Made by a program: the position numbers and the translations under genes | Assembly (NCBI GenBank): GCA_965226795.1 | Contig: CBDDDZ010000005.1 | Coordinates: forward strand, 224,001-288,000 | Direction of reading: 5' to 3' | Source of the DNA: Candidatus Latescibacterota bacterium | GTDB taxonomy: Bacteria; Latescibacterota; UBA2968; GCA-2709665 | DNA length: 64,000 nt | Shown: in pieces, positions 38,215-48,608 of the stretch | Layout of the letters: every line of letters starts with the position of its first letter | How positions within the stretch are numbered: the first letter of the stretch is position 1 | Notes under the pieces: model-generated | What the model was told of the DNA's origin: nothing | The model's input: the letters and a program-made list of their open reading frames with translations, nothing else | The model's database searches: none

Positions 38215-39480
38215 ATGGATAAGAAACGCAAACTCGGGCGGGGCGTTGCCATGGTGGGCGCCGGCATGTCGGAGTTCGGCATGTTCGAAGAAAGAGATTC
38301 CAGGGATCTCTTCGTCGATGCCTTTCGTGGCATGATCGCATCGGTGGACAAAGGGTTGGACCCCGGCGACATCGACGCTCTCTATATCGGTAATTTCACG
38401 AACGACTTCTTTGTGCATCAATCCCATTGGGGCGCCATTCTCGTCGACGCGCTGGGCCTGGTTCCCGCACCGGCGACCCGCACCGAGGGCGCATGCGCCT
38501 CCAGCGCAATCGCCTTCCGCGAGGGCGTCTTTGCAATCGCGTCGGGATTTTACGACATGGTTCTGGTCGGCGGCGTGGAGGACATGTCAAAGCGCTCCAC
38601 GGCCGATGTGGCGGAGGGTTTGGCGTCGGCAGCGGTACCCTACGAGCGGAAATCGGGCTTTACCTTTCCCGGGGTGTTCGGTGCGATCGCGACGGCGTAT
38701 TTTCACAAGTACGGCGCAAGCCGCGAGCACCTGATGAACGTGACCATCAAAAGCCACGAGAACGCGCCGCTGAATCCGAAAGCGCAATTCCGGGCCTCAG
38801 TCGCTGATTTAATGAAAGCGAAGGTGGAGCGCGCCAGGGCAAGCGGCGCGACCGTGCCTGAATGGACGGACGAAAAAGACTTCCTGCGCGACCCCCGGGT
38901 CAACCCGCCGGTCGCCTGGCCGATGCACCTGTTCGATTGTTGTCCCATCAGCGACGGCGCCGGCTGTATCCTGCTGGTCGGCGAAGAAATCGCCAGGCAT
39001 TTTACCGACGATCCGCTATACGTGGTGGGCCTTGGCCAGGGCAGCGGCAGGGGGCTCCACGCGGCGCCCGAGCTGACCAGTTTCGAGGCCACCCGCCAGG
39101 CCGCCCGGGAAGCCTATGCCATGTCGGATCTTGGCCCCGCGGACATACAGTTCGCCGAGGTGCACGATTGTTTTTCCATCGCGGAGATTATCCACATCGA
39201 GGACCTCGGCTTCTTCAGCCCGGGGGAAGGTTGCAGGGCCGTCGGTGAAGGCGCGACCCGGCTGCACGGACCGAAGCCGATTAACACATCGGGCGGTCTG
39301 AAGTGCAAGGGGCACCCCGTGGGGGCGACCGGCGTCGCACAGTTGATCGAGGTATGGGAACAACTGCGGCAACAGGCCGGCGGCAGGCAGGTGCCGAGCG
39401 GTGATTTGCGCCTGGGTGCGGCCCACAACCTGGGCGGCACCGGTGGTACGAGCACGTTTACGATTCTCGAGAGGCGATAG
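38215..39480 (+). CDS. Thiolase-domain protein (SCP2/archaeal-type)
   Basis: EGACASS, EVHDCF, GHPVGATG, HNLGG. Confidence 0.9.
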   Translation: MDKKRKLGRGVAMVGAGMSEFGMFEERDSRDLFVDAFRGMIASVDKGLDPGDIDALYIGNFTNDFFVHQSHWGAILVDALGLVPAPATRTEGACASSAIAFREGVFAIASGFYDMVLVGGVEDMSKRSTADVAEGLASAAVPYERKSGFTFPGVFGAIATAYFHKYGASREHLMNVTIKSHENAPLNPKAQFRASVADLMKAKVERARASGATVPEWTDEKDFLRDPRVNPPVAWPMHLFDCCPISDGAGCILLVGEEIARHFTDDPLYVVGLGQGSGRGLHAAPELTSFEATRQAAREAYAMSDLGPADIQFAEVHDCFSIAEIIHIEDLGFFSPGEGCRAVGEGATRLHGPKPINTSGGLKCKGHPVGATGVAQLIEVWEQLRQQAGGRQVPSGDLRLGAAHNLGGTGGTSTFTILERR

Positions 39481-39483
39481 GCG

Positions 39484-39900
39484 GTGGGAAAGCGACCGAT
39501 CAGCGATTACTGGTTCGAAGCATTCCTCCGTGAAGAAAAACTGACGGGGTCGACGTGTCCGCGGTGCGGCGCCTTGTACGTGCCGCCAAGGTCCATATGT
39601 ATAAACTGTTACAATGCGGGAATGCAATGGCGCCGGATGACGGGCGCCGGCAAGCTGGTCGCCTTTACATGCATATCCATTGGCCCGCCTGCCATGCAGG
39701 AGGAGGGCTTCGACAGGGACAATCCGTATTGCACGGGGGTTGTCCAACTGGACGAAAGCCCCAGAATCGTCGCCCGCATAGAGGGTTTCGACACACGGAA
39801 TCCGGAATCCATCGAGATTGGCGCACCCTTGACCGCGATCTACCTGCATCGAGGCAGCGGCGAGGATCGCACGACGCAACTGGCCTTTCAACCAGCGTGA
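39484..39900 (+). CDS. DUF35 Zn-ribbon/OB-fold protein
   Basis: CPRCG..YVPPR..C..C followed by an OB-fold region; directly after the thiolase. Confidence 0.9.
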   Translation: MGKRPISDYWFEAFLREEKLTGSTCPRCGALYVPPRSICINCYNAGMQWRRMTGAGKLVAFTCISIGPPAMQEEGFDRDNPYCTGVVQLDESPRIVARIEGFDTRNPESIEIGAPLTAIYLHRGSGEDRTTQLAFQPA

Positions 39901-40122
39901 GGGCGCGAGCGATGATGCCTGTCAATGGACGGGAAACGATTGCGGCGGGTGACGTGCGTGATTATATTTACGCGCTTGCCTGTCCTCGCCGAGAAAACGT
40001 CGAGCGTGTCATCCAGCGACGTGTTATGGTGCGGTTCCGGGAGGGGTAGTCAGATCGGCTGACGCCCCTGTTTCAACGGCAGGTTCCAATCCCGGATCCG
40101 GCAAAAAAGGAGACCTTCGGAT

Positions 40123-41976
40123 ATGAGTCGGACCCTTAAAGATCTGATGAACGAGAGCTTCGCAAAGCACGCGGATCGGACGGCGGTGCGCGTTCTGAGG
40201 CAGTCCGATCAGCGGGGCGAACGGGGATTGCGCTACGTTCCGATGACCTACGCGCAGCTCCGTGAGCAGCGGGACCGGCTGGCTTCCGGGCTCGCCCGCG
40301 CCGGTTTTGCAAAAGGCGACCGCGTGGGGGTACTTACGGACGGCGGTCTGGAGCCGGTGCTGATTTTCCTGGCGGCGGATATGCTGGGTCTGTCTTCGGT
40401 GCCGCTCTGCAATAAGCTGCCCGACGATATTCTGAAGTACAAAATCGACCATTCAGGCCTCGGGGTGCTGTTCCTGGACAGCAAAAGCCGGGAACAGGTG
40501 GAGCGGGTACTGCCGCGCCTGTCGAAATCACCGAAACTGATATTGACCGAGGGCCACTCCAAAGAGATCGGGTCATTTTTCGCCCTGGTGAAGGATGGAG
40601 GGGAGGCGCCTCCTCCGGACGTGGAGATCCACCCGGACGACGAGTCAAAGGTGGTCTACACCTCGGGTTCGTCGGGTCTGCCTAAGGGAGTGGTGCAGAC
40701 CCATCTGAATCTGGTGGATAACGTAAGGTCGGTGTGGGACGGGATATCCCGTCGCGAACAGCCCGTTCTGTTCAAGTCCGCGCCGGATTACCATACGATG
40801 GGCATCCTGAATATCTACTATCCCCTTGTCAAGGGCTGGACACTGGATCTTGCGCGTTCGCCCGATCGGGTGCTGGTGGACATTCGTTATTCCGAACCTC
40901 ATGGCTTCCTGACCGTGCCCCTGATTCTCGACAAGGTGTACGGAAACGTCCGCAAGGAGATAGACGCAGGCGGCGTAAAGGGCAGGCTGGTGGCGCGCGC
41001 GGTTCGGGCCAAGGCAAACATCTCGAGGGGCACGGCTTCCATCTCGGACCGGGCGGTACACGGATTGATCGGACGGAAGGTGGTGGCGAAGATCAAGGAG
41101 AAACTGTCCCAGCGCATGGGCGGCCGGCTGGAACTGCTGATCATAGGCTCCGCCAAGGCGGACCCCGAGGCACTGGATTTTTTCCAGGACGTGCTGGATA
41201 TCGCCTCGCTTGAAGGATACGGGACGACCGAGTGCTGCCCGCTGATTGCGGTGAATACGCTGGACGCTCAGAAGACAGGTACCGTGGGAAGGCCGCTGCT
41301 GGAGGTGAAGCTGATTGCGGAAGACGGTGAAGAAGTGGGGTCCGGCGATCCGGCCACGCAGACCTACACCGAAAGCCAGGGAAGGGAAGGAGAGCTCTGG
41401 GTGCACGGTTCCCACGTGATGCGGAAATATCTGAATGATCCCGATCGCACCGCCCGGACGCTGGTGAAGGACGAGTCCGGAAAAACGTGGTACCGGACGG
41501 GCGATCTGTTCAGTATGGATGGGGACGGGTATCTGACGTTTCGAGGACGCCTGGGACGGCAGTTCAAATTGAGCAACGGTGAGTTTGTGAATCCCGAGTT
41601 GCTCGAACGGATATACGCCCGGGTTCCGCTGGTGGAGCACGTGATGGTCTGGGGCGATCAGAGCGGGTCCTTTCCCATGCCGGTTGTCACGATAAATGTA
41701 GAGGAGGCGCGGACGTTGACTGATTTACCCGATCTTCCCGAAGACGATGACGCCGTACGCCGGCATTCGGGTGTGGCCGAACGGTTGCGGGAACTCCTGT
41801 TGAACGAGGCGACCGCCGCCGGCCTGCCCAGTCACGAGCGTCCGCAGCGGGTACTGGTGCTGCCCGACGCGCTCAGCGAGGAGACGGGTACGCTGACGCG
41901 GGGTTTGAAGAAAGTGGTCCCGGGGGCGATTCTGGAGCGGTACCGGGACAGCGTAGAGGCGGCGTACACAAGTTAA
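40123..41976 (+). CDS. Long-chain fatty acyl-CoA synthetase
   Basis: YTSGSSGLPKGV, EGYGTTE, YRTGD, FKLSNGEFV.PE. Confidence 0.88.
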   Translation: MSRTLKDLMNESFAKHADRTAVRVLRQSDQRGERGLRYVPMTYAQLREQRDRLASGLARAGFAKGDRVGVLTDGGLEPVLIFLAADMLGLSSVPLCNKLPDDILKYKIDHSGLGVLFLDSKSREQVERVLPRLSKSPKLILTEGHSKEIGSFFALVKDGGEAPPPDVEIHPDDESKVVYTSGSSGLPKGVVQTHLNLVDNVRSVWDGISRREQPVLFKSAPDYHTMGILNIYYPLVKGWTLDLARSPDRVLVDIRYSEPHGFLTVPLILDKVYGNVRKEIDAGGVKGRLVARAVRAKANISRGTASISDRAVHGLIGRKVVAKIKEKLSQRMGGRLELLIIGSAKADPEALDFFQDVLDIASLEGYGTTECCPLIAVNTLDAQKTGTVGRPLLEVKLIAEDGEEVGSGDPATQTYTESQGREGELWVHGSHVMRKYLNDPDRTARTLVKDESGKTWYRTGDLFSMDGDGYLTFRGRLGRQFKLSNGEFVNPELLERIYARVPLVEHVMVWGDQSGSFPMPVVTINVEEARTLTDLPDLPEDDDAVRRHSGVAERLRELLLNEATAAGLPSHERPQRVLVLPDALSEETGTLTRGLKKVVPGAILERYRDSVEAAYTS

Positions 41977-42048
41977 AGTCACCGCGCGAAGCCCTGGTCC
42001 GGCGCTCGGGATCGCGCGGCCGGTGAATTCGCAAAGAGGAGAAATCGC

Positions 42049-43092
42049 ATGCCGGTTTTTTCTGCAGCCGAACTGCGTCGAATAGGGCGTGAGATCTACG
42101 AACGGGCCGGCGCCACGTCCGAGGAAGCGGAAACGGTCGCGGGGCAACTCGTGGAATCCAGCCTGTCGGGTCACGACTCGCATGGCGTACAACGCCTGCC
42201 GCAGTACGTTGCGGGAGTGGCATCCGGACAGATTGTTCCGGGCGCCGCGGTCGAAGTGGAACGGGAGACACCCGCAACGGCGGTGTTGAACGGGAACTGG
42301 GGGTTCGGACATGTGACCGCGGTGGCTGCAATGAAAGTGGCCATCCGCAAGGCCCGCGAGGCCTCGGTGGGGCTGGTCTCGGTCCACCGGTGCAACCACG
42401 TCGGCCGGCTTGGCGCTTTTCCGCCGCTGGCTGCCGAAGCCGGCATGATCGGGATGCTGGCGAATAACGGACACGGGGCCGATCTGGCGATGCCCCCGTC
42501 GGGCGGCATCGGGCGGGTACTGCCCGCGAATTGCCTCGCCGTCGCGTGTCCATCGGCGGGGGAATTTCCAGTTGCCCTGGATATTACCACCGCGGTGGCG
42601 GCAGGCGGCAAGGTTCGCGTGACACTGGCGAAGGGTGAACGGATGCCGGACGGTTGGATGATCGATCACGAAGGCTATCCGACAAACGATCCCGGGGTGT
42701 ATCTGTCGGAACCGAAAGGTGCGCTGCTGCCGTTCGGCGGTCCCGTGGCGCACAAGGGATACGGGCTGGCCTTCGTGATCGACATTCTCTCGGGCGCGCT
42801 CTCGCCGGCCGGATGTTCCCGCAGGGACTCTAAGGTGACGGGAAACGCGCTGTTTGTGCAGGCCATCAATATTGAGGCGTTTCAGCCGCTCGACGCGTTC
42901 AAGGCTGAGGTAAAGCGATTCGTCGACTACGTGAAAGCGGCCGAACCGGCGCCGGGGTCGCACGAGGTGCTGGTGCCGGGTGAGAGGTCGTGGCGGACCA
43001 GGAAGGAACGTTCGAAGTCCGGCATTCCCGTTCCCGACCCCACCTGGGAGCAGATTGTGGAGACCGGGCGGAAGGTGGGCCTCGAACTGTAA
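42049..43092 (+). CDS. Ldh_2-family (malate/lactate/ureidoglycolate) dehydrogenase
   Basis: GHDSHG, NHVGRLG, LLPFGG..HKGYGL, VLVPGE. Confidence 0.9.
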   Translation: MPVFSAAELRRIGREIYERAGATSEEAETVAGQLVESSLSGHDSHGVQRLPQYVAGVASGQIVPGAAVEVERETPATAVLNGNWGFGHVTAVAAMKVAIRKAREASVGLVSVHRCNHVGRLGAFPPLAAEAGMIGMLANNGHGADLAMPPSGGIGRVLPANCLAVACPSAGEFPVALDITTAVAAGGKVRVTLAKGERMPDGWMIDHEGYPTNDPGVYLSEPKGALLPFGGPVAHKGYGLAFVIDILSGALSPAGCSRRDSKVTGNALFVQAINIEAFQPLDAFKAEVKRFVDYVKAAEPAPGSHEVLVPGERSWRTRKERSKSGIPVPDPTWEQIVETGRKVGLEL

Positions 43093-43179
43093 CGGGTCGC
43101 AGACCGGCGGGTCCGTCAAACGGGAAATTTTCGTTGCCTTGTATGACCATTTGAGGATTTCCGAGGGAGGTTGTCGGAA

Positions 43180-44514
43180 ATGTCAGACGAGATTCGAGCC
43201 AGAGCCGAGGGCGCACGGGCCGCGGCATTGCAGTTGAGCCACGCGTCCGAGGGGGAACGCAACGCGGCGCTGGAGGCGATCGCTCGGGGTCTGGAGGCCG
43301 GCGCGGGCGCCATTCTGGAGGCGAACAGGCGGGATCTCAAGGCAGCGGACGTCCTGCTGGCCGAAGGCAGGTTGACAGGCGCGCTGGTGGGGCGGCTGAA
43401 GGTGGATAAGGTCAAGTTGCACAATGAAATCGTCCCGGGAGTGCTCAGCGTGAAGGCCCAGAAGGATCCCATTGGCCGGACGCTGGCGGCGACGGAGATG
43501 GACCAGGGGTTGAACCTCTATAAAGTATCGGTACCGATCGGCGTGGTGGGAATCGTGTTCGAATCACGGCCGGACGCGCTGGTGCAGATTGCCACGCTTT
43601 GCCTGAAGTCGGGCAATGCGGTGCTGTTGAAGGGCGGCAGCGAGGCGTTTCATACCAATCGCGCGCTGGCGAACGTCCTCGTTGCGTCGACACGCGGGTT
43701 GCCCGGAATTCCGGACGGGTGGATGCATCTGATGGAGGCGCGGGAGGACGTGCAGGCCATACTGGATCTGCACCATCTGATCGATCTGATTATCCCCCGG
43801 GGCGGCAACGCGCTTGTCCAGTATATTATGCAGAATACCAGGATTCCGGTGATGGGGCATGCCGACGGTATCTGCCACGTGTACGTGCACGCGATGGCGG
43901 ATCTCGAGAAGGCGAAGCGGATCTGTCTGGATGCCAAGACCCAGTATCCCTCGGCATGCAACGCGGCGGAGACGTTGCTTGTAGACAGGGAAATCGCGGG
44001 AGAATTTCTGCCGGAAATGGTGGGGATATACCAGCGGAACAGCGTCGATGTGCGGGGGGACGATCTGACGCGAACGCTGGCAGGAGGCGCGCTGGCACCG
44101 GCGACGGAGGAGGATTGGGGAACGGAATACCTCGACATGGTGATCTCTGTCAAAGTGGTAAACGGCGTTCGGGAGGCGGTCGAGCATATCAACCGCTACG
44201 GCAGCCACCACACCGATGCGATTGTGACGGAAGACAGGGTGGCGGCGTCCAGGTTCCTGCGCGAAGTGGATTCCGCGTCCGCGTTGCACAACGCGTCGAC
44301 CCGGTTTGCGGATGGATTTCGTTTCGGTCTGGGCGCGGAGGTGGGCATCAGCACCAACCGATTGCATAGCCGGGGGCCTGTCGGCCTCGAGGGTCTGGTG
44401 ATCTATAAATACATCATTGAGGGGAACGGGCAGATTGCGGACGATTATCTTGGAGAAGACGCAAAAGCGTTCACCCATCGACCCCTCGCCGAGACGTGGA
44501 CTCCCCACAGCTGA
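43180..44514 (+). CDS. proA: Glutamate-5-semialdehyde dehydrogenase
   Basis: VPIGVVGIVFESRP, LKGGSE, CNAAETLL, GSHHTDAI, NASTRFADG, GAEVGIST, RGPVGL. Confidence 0.96.
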   Translation: MSDEIRARAEGARAAALQLSHASEGERNAALEAIARGLEAGAGAILEANRRDLKAADVLLAEGRLTGALVGRLKVDKVKLHNEIVPGVLSVKAQKDPIGRTLAATEMDQGLNLYKVSVPIGVVGIVFESRPDALVQIATLCLKSGNAVLLKGGSEAFHTNRALANVLVASTRGLPGIPDGWMHLMEAREDVQAILDLHHLIDLIIPRGGNALVQYIMQNTRIPVMGHADGICHVYVHAMADLEKAKRICLDAKTQYPSACNAAETLLVDREIAGEFLPEMVGIYQRNSVDVRGDDLTRTLAGGALAPATEEDWGTEYLDMVISVKVVNGVREAVEHINRYGSHHTDAIVTEDRVAASRFLREVDSASALHNASTRFADGFRFGLGAEVGISTNRLHSRGPVGLEGLVIYKYIIEGNGQIADDYLGEDAKAFTHRPLAETWTPHS

Positions 44515-44523
44515 GGATTTTCT

Positions 44524-47415
44524 ATGAAATACGCATTGCGGTTACCGGTCGTGTTGAGTCTCACCCTGTTCGGCGCCTGTGCGTCCTCGCAAAAGGCGGC
44601 CCCGCCGCAACCACCCGCGCCTCCCCCTGCGCCGAAGTTGCCGGTGGATCCGAATCTGACGATTGGCAGGCTGCAGAACGGAATCCGATATTTTATCCGT
44701 GAGAACCAGCGGCCGGAAAATCGCGCTGAATTGCGCCTGGTGGTGAATGCGGGTTCGATTCTGGAAGACGAGGATCAGCAGGGGCTGGCTCATTTTGTGG
44801 AGCATATGGCGTTCAACGGAACCCGGAATTTTCCCAAGCAGGACCTGGTGAATTACCTGGAGTCGATTGGCATGCGTTTCGGGCCGGACCTGAATGCATA
44901 CACGAGCTTCGACGAAACCGTGTATATGCTCCAGGTGCCCACCGATAGCGCGCAGGTTGTCACGCAGGCGTTCCGGATTCTGGAGGATTGGGCGTCGGGC
45001 GTTCTCTTTGAATCGGAGGAGATCGACAAGGAGAGAGGGGTGGTGATCGAGGAATGGCGGCTGGGTCAGGGCGCGGGCGCCCGGCTGCGGGACAAGCAGT
45101 TTCCAATACTGCTCAAGGGGTCTCGGTACGCGGAGCGCCTGCCCATTGGGAAAAAAGCTGTGCTGGATACGTTCAAACACGAGGCGGCGAAGCGGTTTTA
45201 TCGGGATTGGTACCGCCCGGACCTGATGGCCGTCATTGCGGTGGGCGATTTCGAGACGGAATGGATCGAAGGATTGATTCAGGAACATTTCGCGCGGATT
45301 CCTCCAGCAAGCCAGCCCAGAAAACGGACGCTGTATCCGGTGCCGGGGCACGAAGAGACCCTGTTCGCGATTGCTACCGATCCGGAGGCGACGCGGACGA
45401 CTATTTCAATCTACTATAAGCAACCCTTGCGCCAACAGGATTCGGCTGAGGCTTACAGACAGAATATTGTCGAGTCCCTGTACAACAGGATGCTGAACGC
45501 GCGGCTGCATGAATCGACCAAGAAACCCGATGCGCCTTACATGTTCGCGTTCTCCAGCCAGGGTCGTTTTATCCGCACGCGCGAGTTCTATACGCTGGGG
45601 GCAGGTGTGAGAGAGGGTGGCATCCAGCGGGGCCTGGAGGCCGTACTCACGGAGGCCAGGAGGGTGCGCCTGCACGGGTTCACGCAGTCGGAACTCGACC
45701 GCGAGAAGACCGGGGCGCTCCGTTCAATGGAACGGGCGAACGCGGAGCGCGACAAGGTGCGGTCCCGCAGGTTCGCATCGGAGTATATCCGGCATTTCCT
45801 GACGGGTGAGCCGATTCCCGGCATCGCGTATGAGTACAAATTGTATCAGGAGATGGTGCCCGGTATCGAACTGGCCGAGGTGAACCGCCTTGCGGGCGAG
45901 TGGATTACGGACCGAGAACGCGTCGTGCTGGTCGACGGTCCGGGGAAGCCAGACGTGACAATGCCGACCGAAGAAGATCTGACGGCGGTAATCGGGCGCG
46001 TCAACGAGAAGGAGATCGAGCCATACGAAGACGCGGTCTCGGGCCGCCCGCTGATCGAAACGCCGCCGCCGCCCGCCGAAATCGTCTCGCAGAAAGAGAT
46101 AGCCGACCTGGGCGTGACCGAATGGACGCTGGCGAACGGTGTGCGCATTGTGCTCAAACCGACCGACTTCAAGAACGATGAAGTGCTGTTTACGGCATTC
46201 AGCCCGGGCGGGCATGGGCTGGTGTCGGACCAGGATTATCTTGCGGCGGCGACGGCAACGTCGGTGATTCGCGAGGGCGGCCTGGGGACGTTCGATGCGA
46301 TCGGCTTGCAGAAGAAACTGGCTGGAAAAGTGGTGAACGTATCGCCCTGGATCCAGGAACTGCGGGAAGGCGTTCAGGGCAGCGCCTCCTTGAAGGATCT
46401 GGAGACGATGTTTCAACTCATCTACCTGACGTTTACTTCGCCTCGAAAGGACCCTGAGGCGTTTCTGGCCTACGTGCAGCGCATCCGCGGATCGCTGGAA
46501 AACCGCAGCGCCAGCCCGGCGGCGGCATTCGGCGATACGATTCAGGTAACGTTGTCGCAGTACCACCACCGCGCGCGGGTCTGGTCGGAAGCGCTGCTGG
46601 AAGAATTGAATCTCGAGCGCTCTTTCGAGATTTACAAGGATCGGTTTGCCGACGCGAGCGATTTCATATTCTTTTTTGTGGGCAACATCGATCCGGATCG
46701 CATCCGTCCCCTCGTACAGACTTACCTGGGCGGGCTGCCGGCGACCAGGCGAAGTGAAACCTGGCGTGACGTGGGTATACGGCCCCCGCGGGGGGTTATA
46801 GAAAAAACCGTCCATAAGGGCCTGGAACCCAAGAGCAACAATCGAATCGTCTTCACCGGACCATTCGAGTGGAGCCGCAGGAACAGTTACAACCTGGGGT
46901 CGATGACCGACGTCCTCCGCATCAAACTGCGCGAGGTCCTGCGGGAGGAAATGGGGGGCACCTACGGCGTGAGTGTGGGCGTGTCCACCTCTCTCTATCC
47001 TGAGCAGCGGTACAGTATCCGGATCGGTTTCGGCTGCGCGCCCGACAGCGTCGAGCAGCTCACCCGGGCGGTTTTCGCCCAGATCGACAGCCTCAAGCGG
47101 TTCGGCGCAGCGGACACCGATATAGAGAAAGTCCAGGAGGCGGACCGCCGCGGGCGGGAAGCGGCGTTGAAGGAAAATGGATTCTGGCGTAGGACCCTTT
47201 CGTCCAACTATTGGCTGGGACTGGATCCGGTTTCGATACTGGCGTACGACGATCTGGTGAACGGTCTGACTTCCGACATTATCCGGGAGGCGGCACAGAA
47301 GCATTTCGATACGGGGAATTACGCGCGTTTCGTGCTCTACCCCGAAAAGAAAAATGGCGAACCTCAGGACGGGTCAGGTGATCCTCCGGACGCGACAAAT
47401 GGCTCAGATCGCTGA
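44524..47415 (+). CDS. M16 (insulinase-family, PqqL-like) zinc protease, probable lipoprotein
   Basis: Lipobox-like FGAC, HFVEHMAFNGT, NAYTSFDETVY, and a second-half LANG motif. Confidence 0.93.
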   Translation: MKYALRLPVVLSLTLFGACASSQKAAPPQPPAPPPAPKLPVDPNLTIGRLQNGIRYFIRENQRPENRAELRLVVNAGSILEDEDQQGLAHFVEHMAFNGTRNFPKQDLVNYLESIGMRFGPDLNAYTSFDETVYMLQVPTDSAQVVTQAFRILEDWASGVLFESEEIDKERGVVIEEWRLGQGAGARLRDKQFPILLKGSRYAERLPIGKKAVLDTFKHEAAKRFYRDWYRPDLMAVIAVGDFETEWIEGLIQEHFARIPPASQPRKRTLYPVPGHEETLFAIATDPEATRTTISIYYKQPLRQQDSAEAYRQNIVESLYNRMLNARLHESTKKPDAPYMFAFSSQGRFIRTREFYTLGAGVREGGIQRGLEAVLTEARRVRLHGFTQSELDREKTGALRSMERANAERDKVRSRRFASEYIRHFLTGEPIPGIAYEYKLYQEMVPGIELAEVNRLAGEWITDRERVVLVDGPGKPDVTMPTEEDLTAVIGRVNEKEIEPYEDAVSGRPLIETPPPPAEIVSQKEIADLGVTEWTLANGVRIVLKPTDFKNDEVLFTAFSPGGHGLVSDQDYLAAATATSVIREGGLGTFDAIGLQKKLAGKVVNVSPWIQELREGVQGSASLKDLETMFQLIYLTFTSPRKDPEAFLAYVQRIRGSLENRSASPAAAFGDTIQVTLSQYHHRARVWSEALLEELNLERSFEIYKDRFADASDFIFFFVGNIDPDRIRPLVQTYLGGLPATRRSETWRDVGIRPPRGVIEKTVHKGLEPKSNNRIVFTGPFEWSRRNSYNLGSMTDVLRIKLREVLREEMGGTYGVSVGVSTSLYPEQRYSIRIGFGCAPDSVEQLTRAVFAQIDSLKRFGAADTDIEKVQEADRRGREAALKENGFWRRTLSSNYWLGLDPVSILAYDDLVNGLTSDIIREAAQKHFDTGNYARFVLYPEKKNGEPQDGSGDPPDATNGSDR

Positions 47416-47563
47416 GGTTGAAAAGCAGTTCCGCCGGGGCAGGCTCAACGACCGGAATCCGGAAGGCAATTGTACTCAATGAAGAACAGCGGAGTCCCGG
47501 CATGTCCGGATGCCGGGACTCCGCTTTAGTGTGATACGGAGATACACGTTCGAGGGGCAAAAT

Positions 47564-48598
47564 ATGGCGAGGTTCGAACGGGCGGCGGACGTCAGGACAG
47601 GTGTGGTCGGATACGGTGCGGCCTTCGAAATGGGCCGGCGCCACCTGTCGGATATGCGAAAAGCGGGAATGACGCCCTGCGCGGTGGCCGAGACGGATCC
47701 GGCGCGGCTGGCCGCGGCAGAGACGGATTTCCCGGGAATCGAACAATATCGCTCCGTTTCGGAGATGTTGAGTAAATCGGACGTAAATCTGGTGGTGCTG
47801 ATTACGCCGCACAACACCCATGCGAAGCTGGCCCTGCAGTGTTTGCGGGCGGGCCGGCACGTGATCAGCGAGAAGCCGTTCGCCATTACGACCGCTGAAT
47901 GCGACGCCATGATCCGGGAGGCCGGGGCGCGAGACCTCCTGCTTTCCGCGTACCATAACCGGCACTGGGACGGCTGTGTTCTGGAAGCGCTGAAACATCT
48001 CCACGAGGAGAAGGCAATCGGCGAGATCTATCGCGTCGACGCGCGAATCGGCGGATACGGTCACCCGGGAGACTGGTGGCGGAGCAGCCGGTCGGTTTCC
48101 GGGGGCATCATGTACGATTGGGGGGTGCACCTGCTGGAGTACGCGCTCCAGATCATACCCGCGGACGTCGTCGAGGTCGCGGGGTTTGCAAAGACCGGCT
48201 TCTGGGCGGAAGAGACGCCGTGGAAGGACGATACGAACGAGGACGTGGCGTGCGCGGTGGTAAGGTTCGACAACGGCGCGTGGCTGAGTCTGACGGTGTC
48301 TTCGCTCGAGGCGAATCCCAGGCCGGGACAATTGGAGATCTCAGGTACCGGAGGCAGTTATGTCTTTGACGGACGCACTTACGAAATGATCCGGCAACTG
48401 GGAGAGCAGCGGGTGGTTACGAAGGGCGCCAATATGACCAGCCAATGGGAAGCATACTACGAGAACGTCGCCGAGCATCTGACGGGCGGCAAAGCGCTGG
48501 TCATTACCCCCGAATGGGCCAGGAGGCCGATACACATTCTGGACCTTGCCGCGAAAAGCGCAAAGCGGGGAAGGGCGATCAGAGCCAGATACAAATGA
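47564..48598 (+). CDS. Gfo/Idh/MocA oxidoreductase
   Basis: VVGYG, TPH..H, EKP, HNRHWD, DWGVH. Confidence 0.9.
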   Translation: MARFERAADVRTGVVGYGAAFEMGRRHLSDMRKAGMTPCAVAETDPARLAAAETDFPGIEQYRSVSEMLSKSDVNLVVLITPHNTHAKLALQCLRAGRHVISEKPFAITTAECDAMIREAGARDLLLSAYHNRHWDGCVLEALKHLHEEKAIGEIYRVDARIGGYGHPGDWWRSSRSVSGGIMYDWGVHLLEYALQIIPADVVEVAGFAKTGFWAEETPWKDDTNEDVACAVVRFDNGAWLSLTVSSLEANPRPGQLEISGTGGSYVFDGRTYEMIRQLGEQRVVTKGANMTSQWEAYYENVAEHLTGGKALVITPEWARRPIHILDLAAKSAKRGRAIRARYK

Positions 48599-48608
48599 GG
48601 GGATTGAA

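Noticed and set aside
43180..44514. proA without adjacent proB
   Set aside because: Split proA/proB arrangements are common; not notable.
41725..47304. Long minus-strand ORFs (41725-43119, 43564-44508, 45724-47304)
   Set aside because: Antisense shadows of the Ldh_2, proA and M16 protease genes.
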